Source: Octopus sinensis (lineage: Eukaryota). From it: a stretch of DNA of 64,000 nucleotides. Below are positions 1-11,906 of this stretch, one piece after another. The position numbers were made by a program, and so were the translations under genes. The stretch's first letter is position 1. Every line of letters starts with the position of its first letter. The stretch lies in NCBI RefSeq assembly GCF_006345805.1, contig NC_043016.1:10044001-10108000 (forward strand). Direction: 5' to 3'. Under the pieces are notes generated by a model. That model was not told the DNA's origin. It was given only the letters and a program-made list of their open reading frames with translations, and ran no database searches.

Positions 1-580
1 ACATAAAAAACACCATCCGAGCGTGGCCGTTTGCCAGCCTCGTCTGGCACCTGTGTCGGTGGCACATAAAAAACACCATCCGAGCGTGGCCGTTTGCCAG
101 CCTCGTCTGGCACCTGTGTTGGTGGCACATAAAATCACCCACTACACTCTCGGAGTGGTTGGCGTTAGGAAGGGCATCCAGCTGTAGAAACACTGCCAGA
201 TCTGACTGGACTGGTGCAGCTTTCGGGCTCCCCAGACCCCAGTTGAACCGTCCAACCCATGCTAGCATGGAAAGCGGACGTTAAATGATGATGATGATGA
301 TGATACTAGCGTCGCCTGACTGGGGTCCGTGTCGGTGACACGTAAAAGCACCAACCAATTGTGGCCGTTTGCCGACCTGCGCTGGCTCCTGTGCTGGTGG
401 CATGTAAAAAACACCCACTACACCTACGGAGTGGTTGGTGTTAGGAAGGGCATCCAGCTATAGAAACACTGCCAGATCAGACTAGAGCCTGGTGCAGCCT
501 CCATGGCTTACCAGACCCCGGTCGAACTGTCCAACCCATGCTAGCATGGAAAACGGACGTTAAATGATGAGATGATGATG
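1..580 (+). mobile_element. Two tandem 3' portions of a SINE-like family (K) with (TGA)n tails
   Basis: Both end in CCAACCCATGCTAGCATGGAAA..GGACGTTAAATGATGATG, a tail recurring many times in the window (e.g. 28700-28760, 31560-31630, 51690-51745); 62-bp internal repeat x2 at 1-130. Confidence 0.8.
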
Positions 581-647
581 ATATATACATATATATATAT
601 ATATATATATGTGTGCATGTGTGTGTGTGTGTGTAATTATATATATA

Positions 648-1509
648 TCTTTCATATTAAAACTGAAAATGTGTGTGTGTATCGGTATGTCTTCATTTTG
701 CGCCAAAACAGCTTGACCGATTTTTCTTTAACTTTACACACACTTTGCTTATGTGTCTGGGGAGGTTTTAAGTATAAATTGATTTTAAAAAAATGTTCAA
801 GTAAATGGTGGAAGGAAGAAAATTTGGGCACGGTTGAATGTCAGGTGTAATTATTTTTAAGCTTCCAAGGGAAATAATCCATTCCCTCCTTCATAAATTA
901 TTTGGTAAAAATGAATTTGTGTATACTTATATCTTAGTATTTGAACTATTTTAGTTATTTTCTCAATTTATCCAATACAACGCTTAAACAAGTTGATAGT
1001 ATTCTCCTAAACAATAGATCCACATACTTCGGTTAGTGACTTATTCACGAATATACCAACATTAGTGCTGCTGAGGGTACTATTCTCTGCGAATGCACAA
1101 AAGCTGTTTCCAGAGTTATTTACTTTGAATTGTTATTATCTCATATCTGATTAGCCTGTTATTACATAACATGTTTCATGATTTTGATATACATACCTTA
1201 TTAGTATTTCCTCCTATGTTCTATATACTCTGGGAACATATTTTCGGGGCTACTTTATTTGAATTCTTACTATAGGGTAATTAATTTCATGTTATTACAT
1301 AACTGACTTCACAATTTGGGTATTCATAACTTATTGGAAATTCCTAAAAACAAGATCCTTTGTAAGACAGTTCGGTATTCTCAATAAGTACACAAAAGCC
1401 ATTTTAAGGGCTACATACTTTGTATTGTTACTGGATTTGCAAAACTATTATGAGGATGGAACCAAGGGATAAGCCCCGCTTCCCGGGAATTACCGGGCAT
1501 GTCACCTGG
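648..1509 (+). mobile_element. Non-autonomous Helitron-like element
   Basis: 5' A|TCTTTCATATTAAAACTG followed by (GT)n; 3' hairpin CCCGGGAATTACCGGG about 10 nt before CTGG|T; same layout as 36200-36735. Confidence 0.55.
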
Positions 1510-1593
1510 TATAAATATATATGTATATAGATGGATATATATATATATATATCCACCTATATATATGGATATATATATAATATATATATATAT

Positions 1594-1627
<34 letters not shown>

Positions 1628-2041
1628 GCTTTCGGTGCGAATGGTTTTGTATATGGCACCAGGTTTTATAATCCTCTAAATAATAATAATGGTATTTCTA
1701 TATAAGCTTAAAGCTTATGGCGATCACTGTGCAATGACTCAGGAAAATAGTCTAATAAAAGGGGCATATAAGCCCTCGACAGAAAAAAGAGGGCTTTCCC
1801 ATCCATATGTAAAGGTAACACACTTAGTCATGTTAACAAAGGGATATGGGTTTGCGTGCCATGAAGATGGGAAAGTCTTCTTTTTTCTGTTGGGGCTTAT
1901 ATGCCCCTTTTATTAGACTATCATCCTTAGTCATTGCACGACGAACAGCAGAAGCTTTAGGCTTATATAAAAATACCATTATTGTTATTTACAGGATTGT
2001 AAAATACGGCACCATATAATAAAGCCATTTGCACCGAAAAC
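1628..2041. mobile_element. Foldback MITE inserted in (TA)n
   Basis: Arms of about 180 bp (1628-~1810 and ~1858-2041) are imperfect reverse complements, e.g. GCTTTCGGTGCGAATGG vs CCATTTGCACCGAAAAC and TAGTCTAATAAAAGGGGCATATAAGCCC vs GGGCTTATATGCCCCTTTTATTAGACTA; TA repeats on both sides. Confidence 0.8.
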
Positions 2042-2044
2042 ATA

Positions 2045-2335
2045 TATGCTTATTATAGCCTCAGGCCGACCAAAACCTTGTGAGTGGATTTCATACTCGG
2101 AAACTGAAAGAAGACTGTTGTATATATGTGTATATTTGTGTATGTGTGTGTGTGTGTGTGTGTGTATCTTGTGTTTGTACCCCCACCATTGCTTGACAAC
2201 TGATGTTTCTGTGTTTATATTCCTGTAACTTAGCAGTTTGGTAAAAGACACTGACAGAATGAGTACTAGGCTTACAAAGAATAAATCCTGTGGCTGCAGT
2301 CACATGACTGAAACAAGTAAAGCAATAAAAAATCT
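2045..2335 (+). mobile_element. 5'-truncated SINE family A
   Basis: Body motifs GGCCGACCAAAACCTTGTGAGTGGATT, internal (TG)n, tail GACTGAAACAAGTAAA. Confidence 0.75.
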
Positions 2336-2361
2336 ATGCATTTTAATCCCAAGCAAGGCCG

Positions 2362-2414
2362 GGTATCTCACACTGAGGACGGATAAGATCCAGAAATCTA
2401 GGTCTGTGAGTATC
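2362..2414 (+). ncRNA. Type I hammerhead ribozyme motif, slightly decayed
   Basis: Stem I CTCACA (2367-2372) / TGTGAG (2405-2410); core CTGAGGA (2373-2379); stem II GGAT-aag-ATCC; GAAA (2393-2396); near-palindromic stem III ATCTAGGT; cleavage triplet GTC (2402-2404). Confidence 0.75.
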
Positions 2415-2651
2415 ACGTAAGGTTAGATCTTGGAGCGATGGCCTCCCTTGCAAATGCTCTACGGGCACAAACTGTGTGTTGATAGCCAGCTGGAAAAGAC
2501 GTTTTCCTGGGGGCTAAAACAACAGTAACATCGTCCTTTATAGGACTGCCACATTCTGTTGGCATATAAACATTCTTATTCAGTACTGTTACCGTATATC
2601 TCTTGCTCGGAGATTTAAAGCAAATTTGTTATATATACTGTTGCACACACA

Positions 2652-2729
<78 letters not shown>

Positions 2730-2880
2730 CATCCTCCTTTATAGGACTGCCACATTCTGTTGGCATATAAACATTCTTATTAAGTACTGTTACCGTATAT
2801 CTCTTGCTCGGAGATTTAAAGCAAATTTGTTATATATACTGTTGCACACACACACACACACACACACACCACACACATAT
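2362..2880 (+). mobile_element. Hammerhead-bearing mini-element with a tandemly repeated 3' part (PLE pLTR or retrozyme-like)
   Basis: About 115 bp of unique sequence plus (CA)n at 2529-2680 is repeated at 2730-2880 (period about 201); each copy ends in (CA)n/(TA)n. Confidence 0.5.
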
Positions 2881-2890
2881 ATTTATATAG

Positions 2891-2927
<37 letters not shown>

Positions 2928-2995
2928 CATGTACAGACATATACATATATATCTGTATATGTATATATTTGTATATGTATATATATATGTATGTG

Positions 2996-3028
<33 letters not shown>

Positions 3029-3870
3029 GTGTGTGTGTGTATATACACATGCACATGTTATGTGACATATATTTGAAAGTTTTCTCAGATATATCACTTT
3101 GCTTGTACTGCTATTGCTGTTGCTTCTACTGTTTTGTAGTTGTTGTTTTTGCTGCTACTGCTGCTGCTGCTGCTGCTGTTTACATCATACTGTCAAATCT
3201 AATTTCAGTTCTCCATCTCAAATTATTCAATCCATGTTACAAAGATAGCGTTTCTTTATATGATATGTCAAATTTTGTATATCTAGGAAATAATCTTTCC
3301 GCAAGATTGCGAGATTTCTCTGTAGAGCGTCTGTATGTGTGTGTGTATATGTGTCTGCATGTATGCATGTGGTGTGTATGTATGTGGTATGTATTTATCT
3401 GTATGTGGTGTGTATGTGTATGTGTATATGTATGTATGAGTAAATGTGTATATGCATATATGAATGTGTGTATATGCATTGATATGTTTGTGTGAGTGTG
3501 TATATGTTTAAGTGTATGTATGTATGTATGTATGTATGTATATAGGAATATGTATGTTTGTGTACACATATGCATGTGTTTGTGTGTGTCTGCTTTTTAC
3601 TTGCATGTATGTATATATGTGTGTGTGTGTGTGTACATATATATCTGCATGTACATGTATGATGTGTGCACATGTGCAGAGTATGTATGTCTGTGGATGT
3701 GTGTCTATGTATGCATGTGTATGTATGCATGAATGTGTGTGTATATATGTATGTATTTGTCTGCATGTACATGTGCGATGTGTGTAGGTAATTTTTACTT
3801 TTATGTATGTATGCATGCTTTTGTGAATTTTATGTGCGTTTGTGTGTGTGTGTATATATATATATGATAT
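2880..3870. repeat. Compound (TA)n/(TG)n/(TGTA)n microsatellite field
   Basis: Visible dinucleotide and tetranucleotide repeats. Confidence 0.95.
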
Positions 3871-3894
3871 ATGCGTGTGTGTTTGTGTACATAC

Positions 3895-4310
3895 AACAGG
3901 CTTCTTTCAGTTTCCATCTACCAAATCCACTCATAAGGCTTTGGTTGGCTTGAGGCTATAGTAGAAGACACTTGCTCAAGATGCCATGCAGTGGGACTGA
4001 ACCTGGAACCATGTGGTTGGGATGTAAAATTCTTAACACACAACCATGTGTACTCCCTAATAGAAATAGCCTCCAAATCTCCCTCCAATTCCAATGTATC
4101 ATTGCTTTTGCTCTTTTACTGGTTCCAGTCATTTGACTGTGGCCGTGCTGGGGCACCATCTTGAAGTGTTCAGTTGGTTAGATTGAACCTAGAACTCATT
4201 TTAAGCCTTTTTACTTATTCTGTCAATCTCTTTTGTTGAATTGCTAAGTTTGTGATGTAAACAAATCGGCATTGGTTGTCAAGCTGTGAGAGAAAAAGAG
4301 GCAAACACAA
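3895..4310 (-). mobile_element. SINE family A head plus tail fragments
   Basis: Reverse complement of the tRNA-like head (GGTTCCAGGTTCAGTCCCACTGCATGGCATCTTGAGCAAGTGTCTTCTAC) and of the tail. Confidence 0.7.
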
Positions 4311-5220
4311 AGATACTCAGATAAACATAGTTTACTCTTCTGTTAAGATCATCAAAATAAGATACTCCATCTTGTGAGAAATGAATATCATTTAATGTTA
4401 GCAGAATAGTGTCCTCTTTCTTATACATCTCTCCCCTCTCTCTCTTCCTCTCACTCTCCCTTTCTTTCTCTTCTCTCTCTTCTCTCTTTCTCCATTTCTT
4501 TCTCTCTCTTTCTCTTGACTAGTTATGATATGTTTTATTTCATTTTAGCTATATTGTATCTTAGATCTAATTGTGCAATGTGTGGTCGTTGCTTTTAAGA
4601 AATGCATTTTATGAGCAAATTGAGTTGACAGAAACTGTATAAAAATCTTCAAAGCAAAAAAAGTACTGAAGATGATAGAAACATCTGGCCCAGAGTCACA
4701 ACAAAGCTTGTGCTGCTGTGTGGGAGCCTTGTCACCTACCTCATCAGGTGATCCCAAGCAGCAGTAAGATTGTTTCCTGCAACTCCATTTAATTAAACAA
4801 TGCAATCATTTCATTAAATCAATTTAAAATACACACACACACACACACACACACATGTATATTATAAAAACAGGAATTTGGAAAATTTTTGGGTATTATT
4901 TATTCACCAATACACATGTTTCATTTGGTAACAGGAATTACAAAATTGTACAAGTTGGATAAACATGTAATAAATTTCATCATCATCATTTAATGTCCGA
5001 GTTCCGTGTAGCCTGCACCAGGCTTCTGTGACTGTTTCCACAGGATTTTTACAGCTGGATGCCCTTCCTAACACCGACCACTCAGCAGATTGGACTTAGT
5101 GCTTTTTAGTGCTTTTCCTATTAGAAATTCTTCAAGCAGAAAAAGAGGACACAGCTTGGATTTTAACCGTCTCTAGATAATACATGCATGCATGCAATCA
5201 CATACGCACACACACACACG

Positions 5221-5259
<39 letters not shown>

Positions 5260-5692
5260 TCTCTCTCACACACACACATACACACACAGGTGCCAGCATG
5301 TAAAGCAGATGTTGCCTTGTAGTGGTAGATGACCCAGTGTATACAGAGTGACAAGAGCAAATCCTGTAATTAGGATAACAGTATAGAACGACATGGGTAA
5401 ATATTGTAATTATTATTATTATATTAATTTACAGAGTATAACAAGAAAAGATTAAATACAGCAGTTATGATACTGAACATAGAATACGGCTGAACAAGAA
5501 TAAATTCAGGCATACTTCAACTTAAGTCATTTTGGGTTATGTCTTTTATGAATTTATGCTATCTTTATCATCATCAACATCATCACCATCACCACTACCA
5601 CCACCACCACCATCATCACCATCATCACCATCATCATCATCATCATCATCATCGTCATCGTCATCGTCGTCTTCATCATCATCGTCATCATT

Positions 5693-5735
<43 letters not shown>

Positions 5736-5989
5736 CCATATTCCTCCTCCTCCTCCTCCTTTAACAGCCGTTTTCCGTGCTAGAATGGGTTGGAATGGTT
5801 TGACTGGGCTGGCAAACTGAAGAACTGCACCAGGCTCCATTCTGTTCTCACATGGTTTTTTACAGATGGATGCTCTTCCTAATGCCAACCACTCCACAGA
5901 GTGTGTGGGTGCTTTTTACTTGGGATTACATAAGTGCTTTTTACATGACACCAGCACAGGATTCTTGGAGGCCAATCCTTTCCCCCCCA

Positions 5990-6262
5990 AGAGGAGCGGC
6001 CTTAACACTTTTACAGTTGAGGATGGGTCTTCTTGAGTACAACAAGGCACTCAGCATCTCAGTCCTTTGTCATCTCTTCAAATAGGTTCAGTGTCCTGAG
6101 GTCGACCTTCAGTACTTCATCCTTCAATACTTTATCCCTGGGTCTCCTTCTTCCATGCCTACCATCTACTTTGAGAGATCTGCACTTCTTTATGGAGCTA
6201 TTGGCATCTATATGCATCACATGACCAAACCAGTGCAGTTTTTTCTTGTACACTGCATCCAA
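5990..6262 (-). pseudogene. RTE-type LINE ORF C-terminal fragment
   Basis: KKLHWFGHVMHIDANSSIKKCRSLKVDGRHGRRRPR matches the typical RTE C-terminal pattern (LxWxGHVxR...GxRxxGRP). Confidence 0.75.
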
Positions 6263-6559
6263 TTCCTCTTATGCTTAGCTTTTAAAGAAATTATTGGAAA
6301 AAAATAAACCTCAACTATGAAAGCATCTGATATATAGAACAAAAGAAAAAAAGTATTAGCCTTCATCAGCTTTCATGCTAAGGATTCTGGAAGTTTTGAT
6401 TCCCAGGGACAGAACTGCATGCTTTTGTGGCATCAAGAACCACTGGAAAGATATAGTTGTTAGGAAATTGTTGCAGTGGAGACGAGTCTCAAAAAATGGT
6501 TGTATGTATGTAATGAAGCCACAGTAACTTGGATGACGAAGTGGTAGGAACAGGGAAAA

Positions 6560-6923
6560 GATACATCCCCCATCCCAACAATGTGGACAACAAAGATAAT
6601 GATGAATCTATTGTTGATGATGACAATAAGGATGATGATAAAGATAATAATGAAGCTGATAACAATGAAAGATGACAGTAAAGATGAAGAAAATGATGGC
6701 ATAGTGCTGCTACTGATGATGATGATGAAATGGACAATAAGGAATATGATGATGATGATGATGCATAGGATGAAATCATGATCATGAACATGGTGATGAT
6801 AATGGTGATGATAAAGGAGATGATGATGCCACCGTTGCCGACGGCAATGACAATGATGATAATGAATACAATGAAGAAAATGATGATGAATATGAAAAGA
6901 TGAGAGTACAATAATGATGATTG

Positions 6924-6955
<32 letters not shown>

Positions 6956-7370
6956 GTGAAAGATTACAATAAAGATGAAGAGAATGAGAGTGCGATGATG
7001 ATGATGATGATGATGATAGGTTGATGATGATGATTATGATGAAAATAAAGAATACAATGATGATGTTGATAATGGAAGATGATGATGATGATAATGAAAG
7101 ATTACAATAAAGATGAAGAGAATGAGAACACACTGATGATAATGGTGATGATGATGATAAAGAATACAATGATGTTGATGATGAATGTAATGGAGATGAT
7201 GATGACCATGATGATGGTGAAAGTTTAGAATAAAGATGAAGAGAATGAGAAGCACGATGATGAAAGCGGTGATAATGGTGTTGATGATGATGTTGATGAT
7301 GAAGAGGATGATGAAGAGGATGATGATGGTGATAATGGTGATGATAGTAACATGCATAATAAAACGTATT
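6560..7370 (+). repeat. Degenerate GAT-based low-complexity tract with an embedded repeat of about 125-135 bp
   Basis: Block GAAAG(A/T)TTA(C/G)AATAAAGATGAAGAGAATGAGA at about 6958, 7096 and 7219; the Asp-rich frame is broken by several stops and shifts. Confidence 0.7.
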
Positions 7371-7444
7371 ATACAGATAAAAAATTTCTTTGCTCACCTT
7401 ATTATATTCATTGAAATGTTCAAAGTTAACACTGCATTGAGTTA

Positions 7445-7770
<326 letters not shown>

Positions 7771-8409
7771 ATGTACTCTACACACCCATGGACCACACAC
7801 ATGCACGTACACAGGCACACGCTCATAAACATATATGCACATATATAAATTGCTCTGGAAGCACCATAAATCTTGAAGCATGCACTAGTTAAATTAATTT
7901 AAGACAAAACATGTTCGTGAAATTTCAAGGAAAGCAGAAATCCGAGAAAAAAAGAAATATTGAAAAAAAAATAAAAAAGGAAAATTAATTGTTGGTTAGA
8001 ACCATTGCCATTTCGTGAATGTATTTCTAATAAAACATGCTAACTACGGATTTCAATTAATTTTGGAAAATTACTATTATAATTAATGGATAATTTGGTG
8101 AGGTTTAGTAAAGGAACTAATTCTTCTGGAAAACAGTCATGCAGTATAACAGCAAATGTTAATGTGTGGTCTTTCATTTATAAGAATCAGATATTCACAT
8201 GTGGGCTGGCATTGAAAAAGGTTAGGCCGTGTGGTAAAAAGCTTTCTTCCCAACCACATGGTTCCAGGTTCAGTCCTACTGTACGGTACCTTGAACAATT
8301 ATCTTCTACTATAGCCCTGTGCTGATCAAAGCCTTGTGAGCAGTTATAGTAGATGGAAACTGAAAGAAGCCTGTCATATTTGTTTATATAGGTATGTGTG
8401 TGTGTGTTC

Positions 8410-8444
<35 letters not shown>

Positions 8445-8538
8445 TCCGTAATAATGAAGGGTGAAATTAATTAATTTGGAAAAATTATCAATTACACCAA
8501 GTAGTCTTCGGCATGTAAAGCCTCATTCGAGGAAAATT

Positions 8539-8790
8539 TAAGTAATACTAAGCAATAAGGGTTTAGCAACGAGTTGCCTTACCACATACCGAATTTAGAA
8601 ATAGCAGTCAAAGGGTTATAGCTATTTCTTCTACTAAAAAGGGAGATCTCAGTAAAAACAGCATTTGCTGTTTTTACTGAGATCTCCCTTTTTAGTAGAA
8701 GAAATAGCTATAACCCTTTGACTGCTATTTCTAAATTCGGTATGTGGTAAGGCAACTCGTTGCTAAACCCTTATTGCTTAGTATTACTTA
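8539..8790. repeat. Perfect 252-bp palindrome (125-bp arms, 2-nt loop)
   Basis: 8539-8663 is the exact reverse complement of 8666-8790; centre CAGCA-TT-TGCTG. Confidence 0.95.
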
Positions 8791-8946
8791 TATATATATA
8801 TATATATGAAAGAATGGAGTTGAACGACGAATTAACAAAATTCCTTTATTTCGACATATGTTTCGAAGTGTCTTCTCTGATGTGAATTTGCTACTCAGGT
8901 ATCGGTTAACCGAATTATCCATAACAAGATAATTCATTCAACTACT

Positions 8947-8986
<40 letters not shown>

Positions 8987-10045
8987 GTATGTATATGTGG
9001 AGGTGCATGGCCTAGTGGTTAAGTTGTACTCATGTTTGTGAGATTGTGGTTTCAGTTCCTAGACTGGGTGGTGTGTTGTGTTCTTGAGCAAAACACTTCA
9101 TCTCACATTGCTCTGCAATCACTTTGACACCTGACGCATAGTACACCTGTGTGCACCTGTTCAGATAACGTCAATTTGATGGAAGGAGTGGGCTAATGTG
9201 CGGCACGAACATTTGATCACAACACTCTTGCAGCGTCTTTGACAGGAGACTCCATCATGTATGTGTGTGTCTTTGTGCTTGTGTTTGCCTCCCGCCACTG
9301 TTGGTTTGTTTATGTTCCCAAAACTATGCAGTTCAGCTAAAAAAGATTGAAAGGATAAGTACTAGGCTTAAATGACCTTATATATGGCAAAGCTTCTGCC
9401 ATTGTACAGATTCTTGGGGTTAAAAACTAAATGAAAACAAGAAACGAATTACTGTAGTGGGGAAGAAGATTTAAGAACCAAATTGAACAGCTTAAGTGAG
9501 ACCTTGGATTGATATTTGCAAGCAAAGGAAAGAAGAGGTTGATATGAACTGCAAAGAACTGCAATGTCATTAAAGAAAAATTATGACAAAAAAATTAGGT
9601 CGGGGAGTGGAGTGTCTTTCCAGTTTCATATTTTTTAAGAGTCTAGAAAATTCTATAAAAAGACTGAATGAGGAAAAAGAGCATCAGGGTAATGATATGC
9701 CAGATGCTGAAGAAACAAGCTGATTGGTTGCGGGAATTAAAATGGAAAATGAAAGTTATAGCGACATAAGAAACTATAATAATCATGGATAAGAAAGTGA
9801 AAGAGATGGTTAACAAAATACCAAACTAGGAAGCCCCACAGACCTGGTTTTTTGTTATGATTCTTCTTTAAACTTCATGCAGTTCTTTGCAGCTCATTCC
9901 TCAACCTCTTCTTTTCTCTGATTGCATATATCTGTCCAAGATCTCAATTGGGCTTACTTAATTTTCTTCTCAGATCTTCATTTCCACTAACTTTGTCCTT
10001 TGTTTTCTTTCGATGATCAAGAAAATACCAAACTGGAAAGTCCCC

Positions 10046-10226
10046 AGGCGCAGGAGCGGCTGTGTGGTAAGTAGTTTGCTTACCAACAACATGGTACCAG
10101 GTTCAGTCCCACTGCGTGGCACCTTGGGCAAGTGTCTTCTACTATAGCGTCGGGCCGACCAAAGCTTTGTGAGTGGATTTGGTACACATATATATATGTC
10201 GTATATATATGTATATATATGTCGTA

Positions 10227-10284
<58 letters not shown>

Positions 10285-10630
10285 GAAGGCGCATGGCTCA
10301 GTGGTTAGAGCGTCGGGCTTACGATCGTGAGGTTGTGAGCTCGAATCCCGGACCGGGCTGTGTGTTGTGTTCTTGAGCAAGGCACTTTATTTCACGTTGC
10401 TCCAGTTCACTCAGCTGTAGAAATGAGTTGCGACGTCACAGGTGCCAAGCTGTATTGACCTTTGTCTTTCCCTTGGATAACACTGGTGGCGTGGAGAGGG
10501 GAGGCTGGTATGCATGGGCGATTGCTGGTCTTCCATAAACAACCTTGCCCGGACTTGTGTCTAGGAGGGTAACTTTCTAGGTGCAATCCCATGGTCATTC
10601 ATGACCGAAGGGGGTCTTTACCCTATATAT

Positions 10631-10672
<42 letters not shown>

Positions 10673-10910
10673 TATGTATATGTGTGTGTGTGTTTTCGTG
10701 TGTCTGTGTTTGTGCCCCCAACATTGCTTGACAACCGATGCTGGTGTGTTTACGTCCCCCGTAACCTAGCGGTTCGGCAAAAGAGACTGCTAGAATAAGT
10801 ACTAGGTTTACAAAGAATAAGAACTGGAGTCAATTTGCTCGACTAAAGGCGGTGCTCCAGCATGGCCGCAGTCAAATGACTGAAACAAGTAAAAGAGTAA
10901 AGAGAGTAAA
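10046..10910 (+). mobile_element. Full-length SINE family A interrupted by a family B SINE
   Basis: Head GGCGCAGGAGCGGCTGTGTGGT with B-box-like GGTTCAGTCCC; body resumes after 10630; tail GAAACAAGTAAAAGAGTAAAG. Confidence 0.8.
10288..10623 (+). mobile_element. tRNA-derived SINE family B nested in (TA)n
   Basis: A box TGGCTCAGTGG, B-box-like GCTCGAATCCC, central TTCTTGAGCAAGGCACTTTATTTCACGTTGCTCCAGTTCACTCAGCTG domain; (TA)n on both sides. Confidence 0.8.
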
Positions 10911-10993
10911 GACCATGTCAGTGTTCAAGGATTCTGGCACAAAAGAAAAGAGTACACAGTCATCATATGACTGTTTTTTACTGACTGCATAGA

Positions 10994-11906
10994 TCAGCAT
11001 CATTGTTCGACTGTGGTCGAGACAATGGAATTTACCATGCTACGGCAGACTTCACGGTCCATCATGGCATTACGGAGGTCCTGTTGCTGGATGCCTGTAC
11101 CCCTGGAGATTACATCAGGATAGGAGAGTGTGTGCCCTCTGGTATCGCGACCGTGGTCGAGACAATGGAATTTAGCATGCTACGCCAGACTTCACGGTCC
11201 ATCATGGCATTACGGAGGTCCTGTTGCTGGATGCCTGTACCCCTGGAGATTACATCAGGGTAGGAGAGTGTGCACCCTATGGTATCGTGACCGTGGTCGA
11301 GACAATGGAATTTAGCATGCTACGCCAGACTTCATGGTCCATCATGGCATTACGGAGGTCCTGTTGTTGGATGCCTGTATCCCTGGAGATTACATCAGGG
11401 TAGGAGAGTGTGTGCCCTCTGGTATCGCAACCGTGGTCGAGACAATGGAATTTAGCATGCTACGCCAGACTTCACGGTCCATCATGGCATTACGGAGGTC
11501 CTGTTGCTGGATGCCTGTATCCCTGGAGATTACATCAGGGTAGGAGAGTGTGCGCCCTCTGGTATTGCGAGTAGATGGCTTCCAGAGGAGAAGAGTAGAA
11601 ATTACTTCTTTTTCAGCTCTACAACAATGTCCAGCAAACTGGACTCTCCTACCTTTCACAAGAGATGACACAGGTGGTAGTTTCCCATATATTTGAATTT
11701 TGGTTGGATGGCGCTTCCACGAGAGATTTTGAGCTCTCATAAGGAGGCGAGTGTAGGTCCCATCCAACCACCTCTCAAGCTTCTTTGATAACGTCCAGGT
11801 TTCTAAGCCGTATAGTAGAATTGGTTCGACTGTGGCTTTGAAGATTTCAAGTTTGAAGTTTCTACTTAGATTTGAAGATTTCAAGTTTGAAGTCTCTACT
11901 TAGATT
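10994..11906 (-). mobile_element. 5'-truncated RTE-type LINE with its last 140 bp repeated four times
   Basis: ORF 11390-11884: VEPILLYGLETWTL...RRVQFAGHC; 140-bp units start at 11013, 11153, 11293 and 11433; 12-bp TSD TGACTGCATAGA at 10982-10993 and 11907-11918. Confidence 0.9.

Noticed and set aside
2626-3816. Long ORFs such as 2626-3495 (289 aa) and the YI/CV/HT-rich ORFs throughout the window
   Set aside because: They are translations of dinucleotide microsatellites, which lack stops; no domain or splice support
5532-5820. Poly-His, poly-Ser and poly-Met ORFs (also 35488-35917 and 56944-57444)
   Set aside because: (CAT)n read-throughs ending in SINE tails
8497-8532. Hammerhead-like string on the minus strand
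   Set aside because: The core reads CGAATGA and GAAGAC instead of CTGANGA and GAAAC; at best a dead relic
8853-8935. GAAACATATGTC half-hammerhead on the minus strand
   Set aside because: No intact CTGANGA upstream (closest is CTGAGTA)
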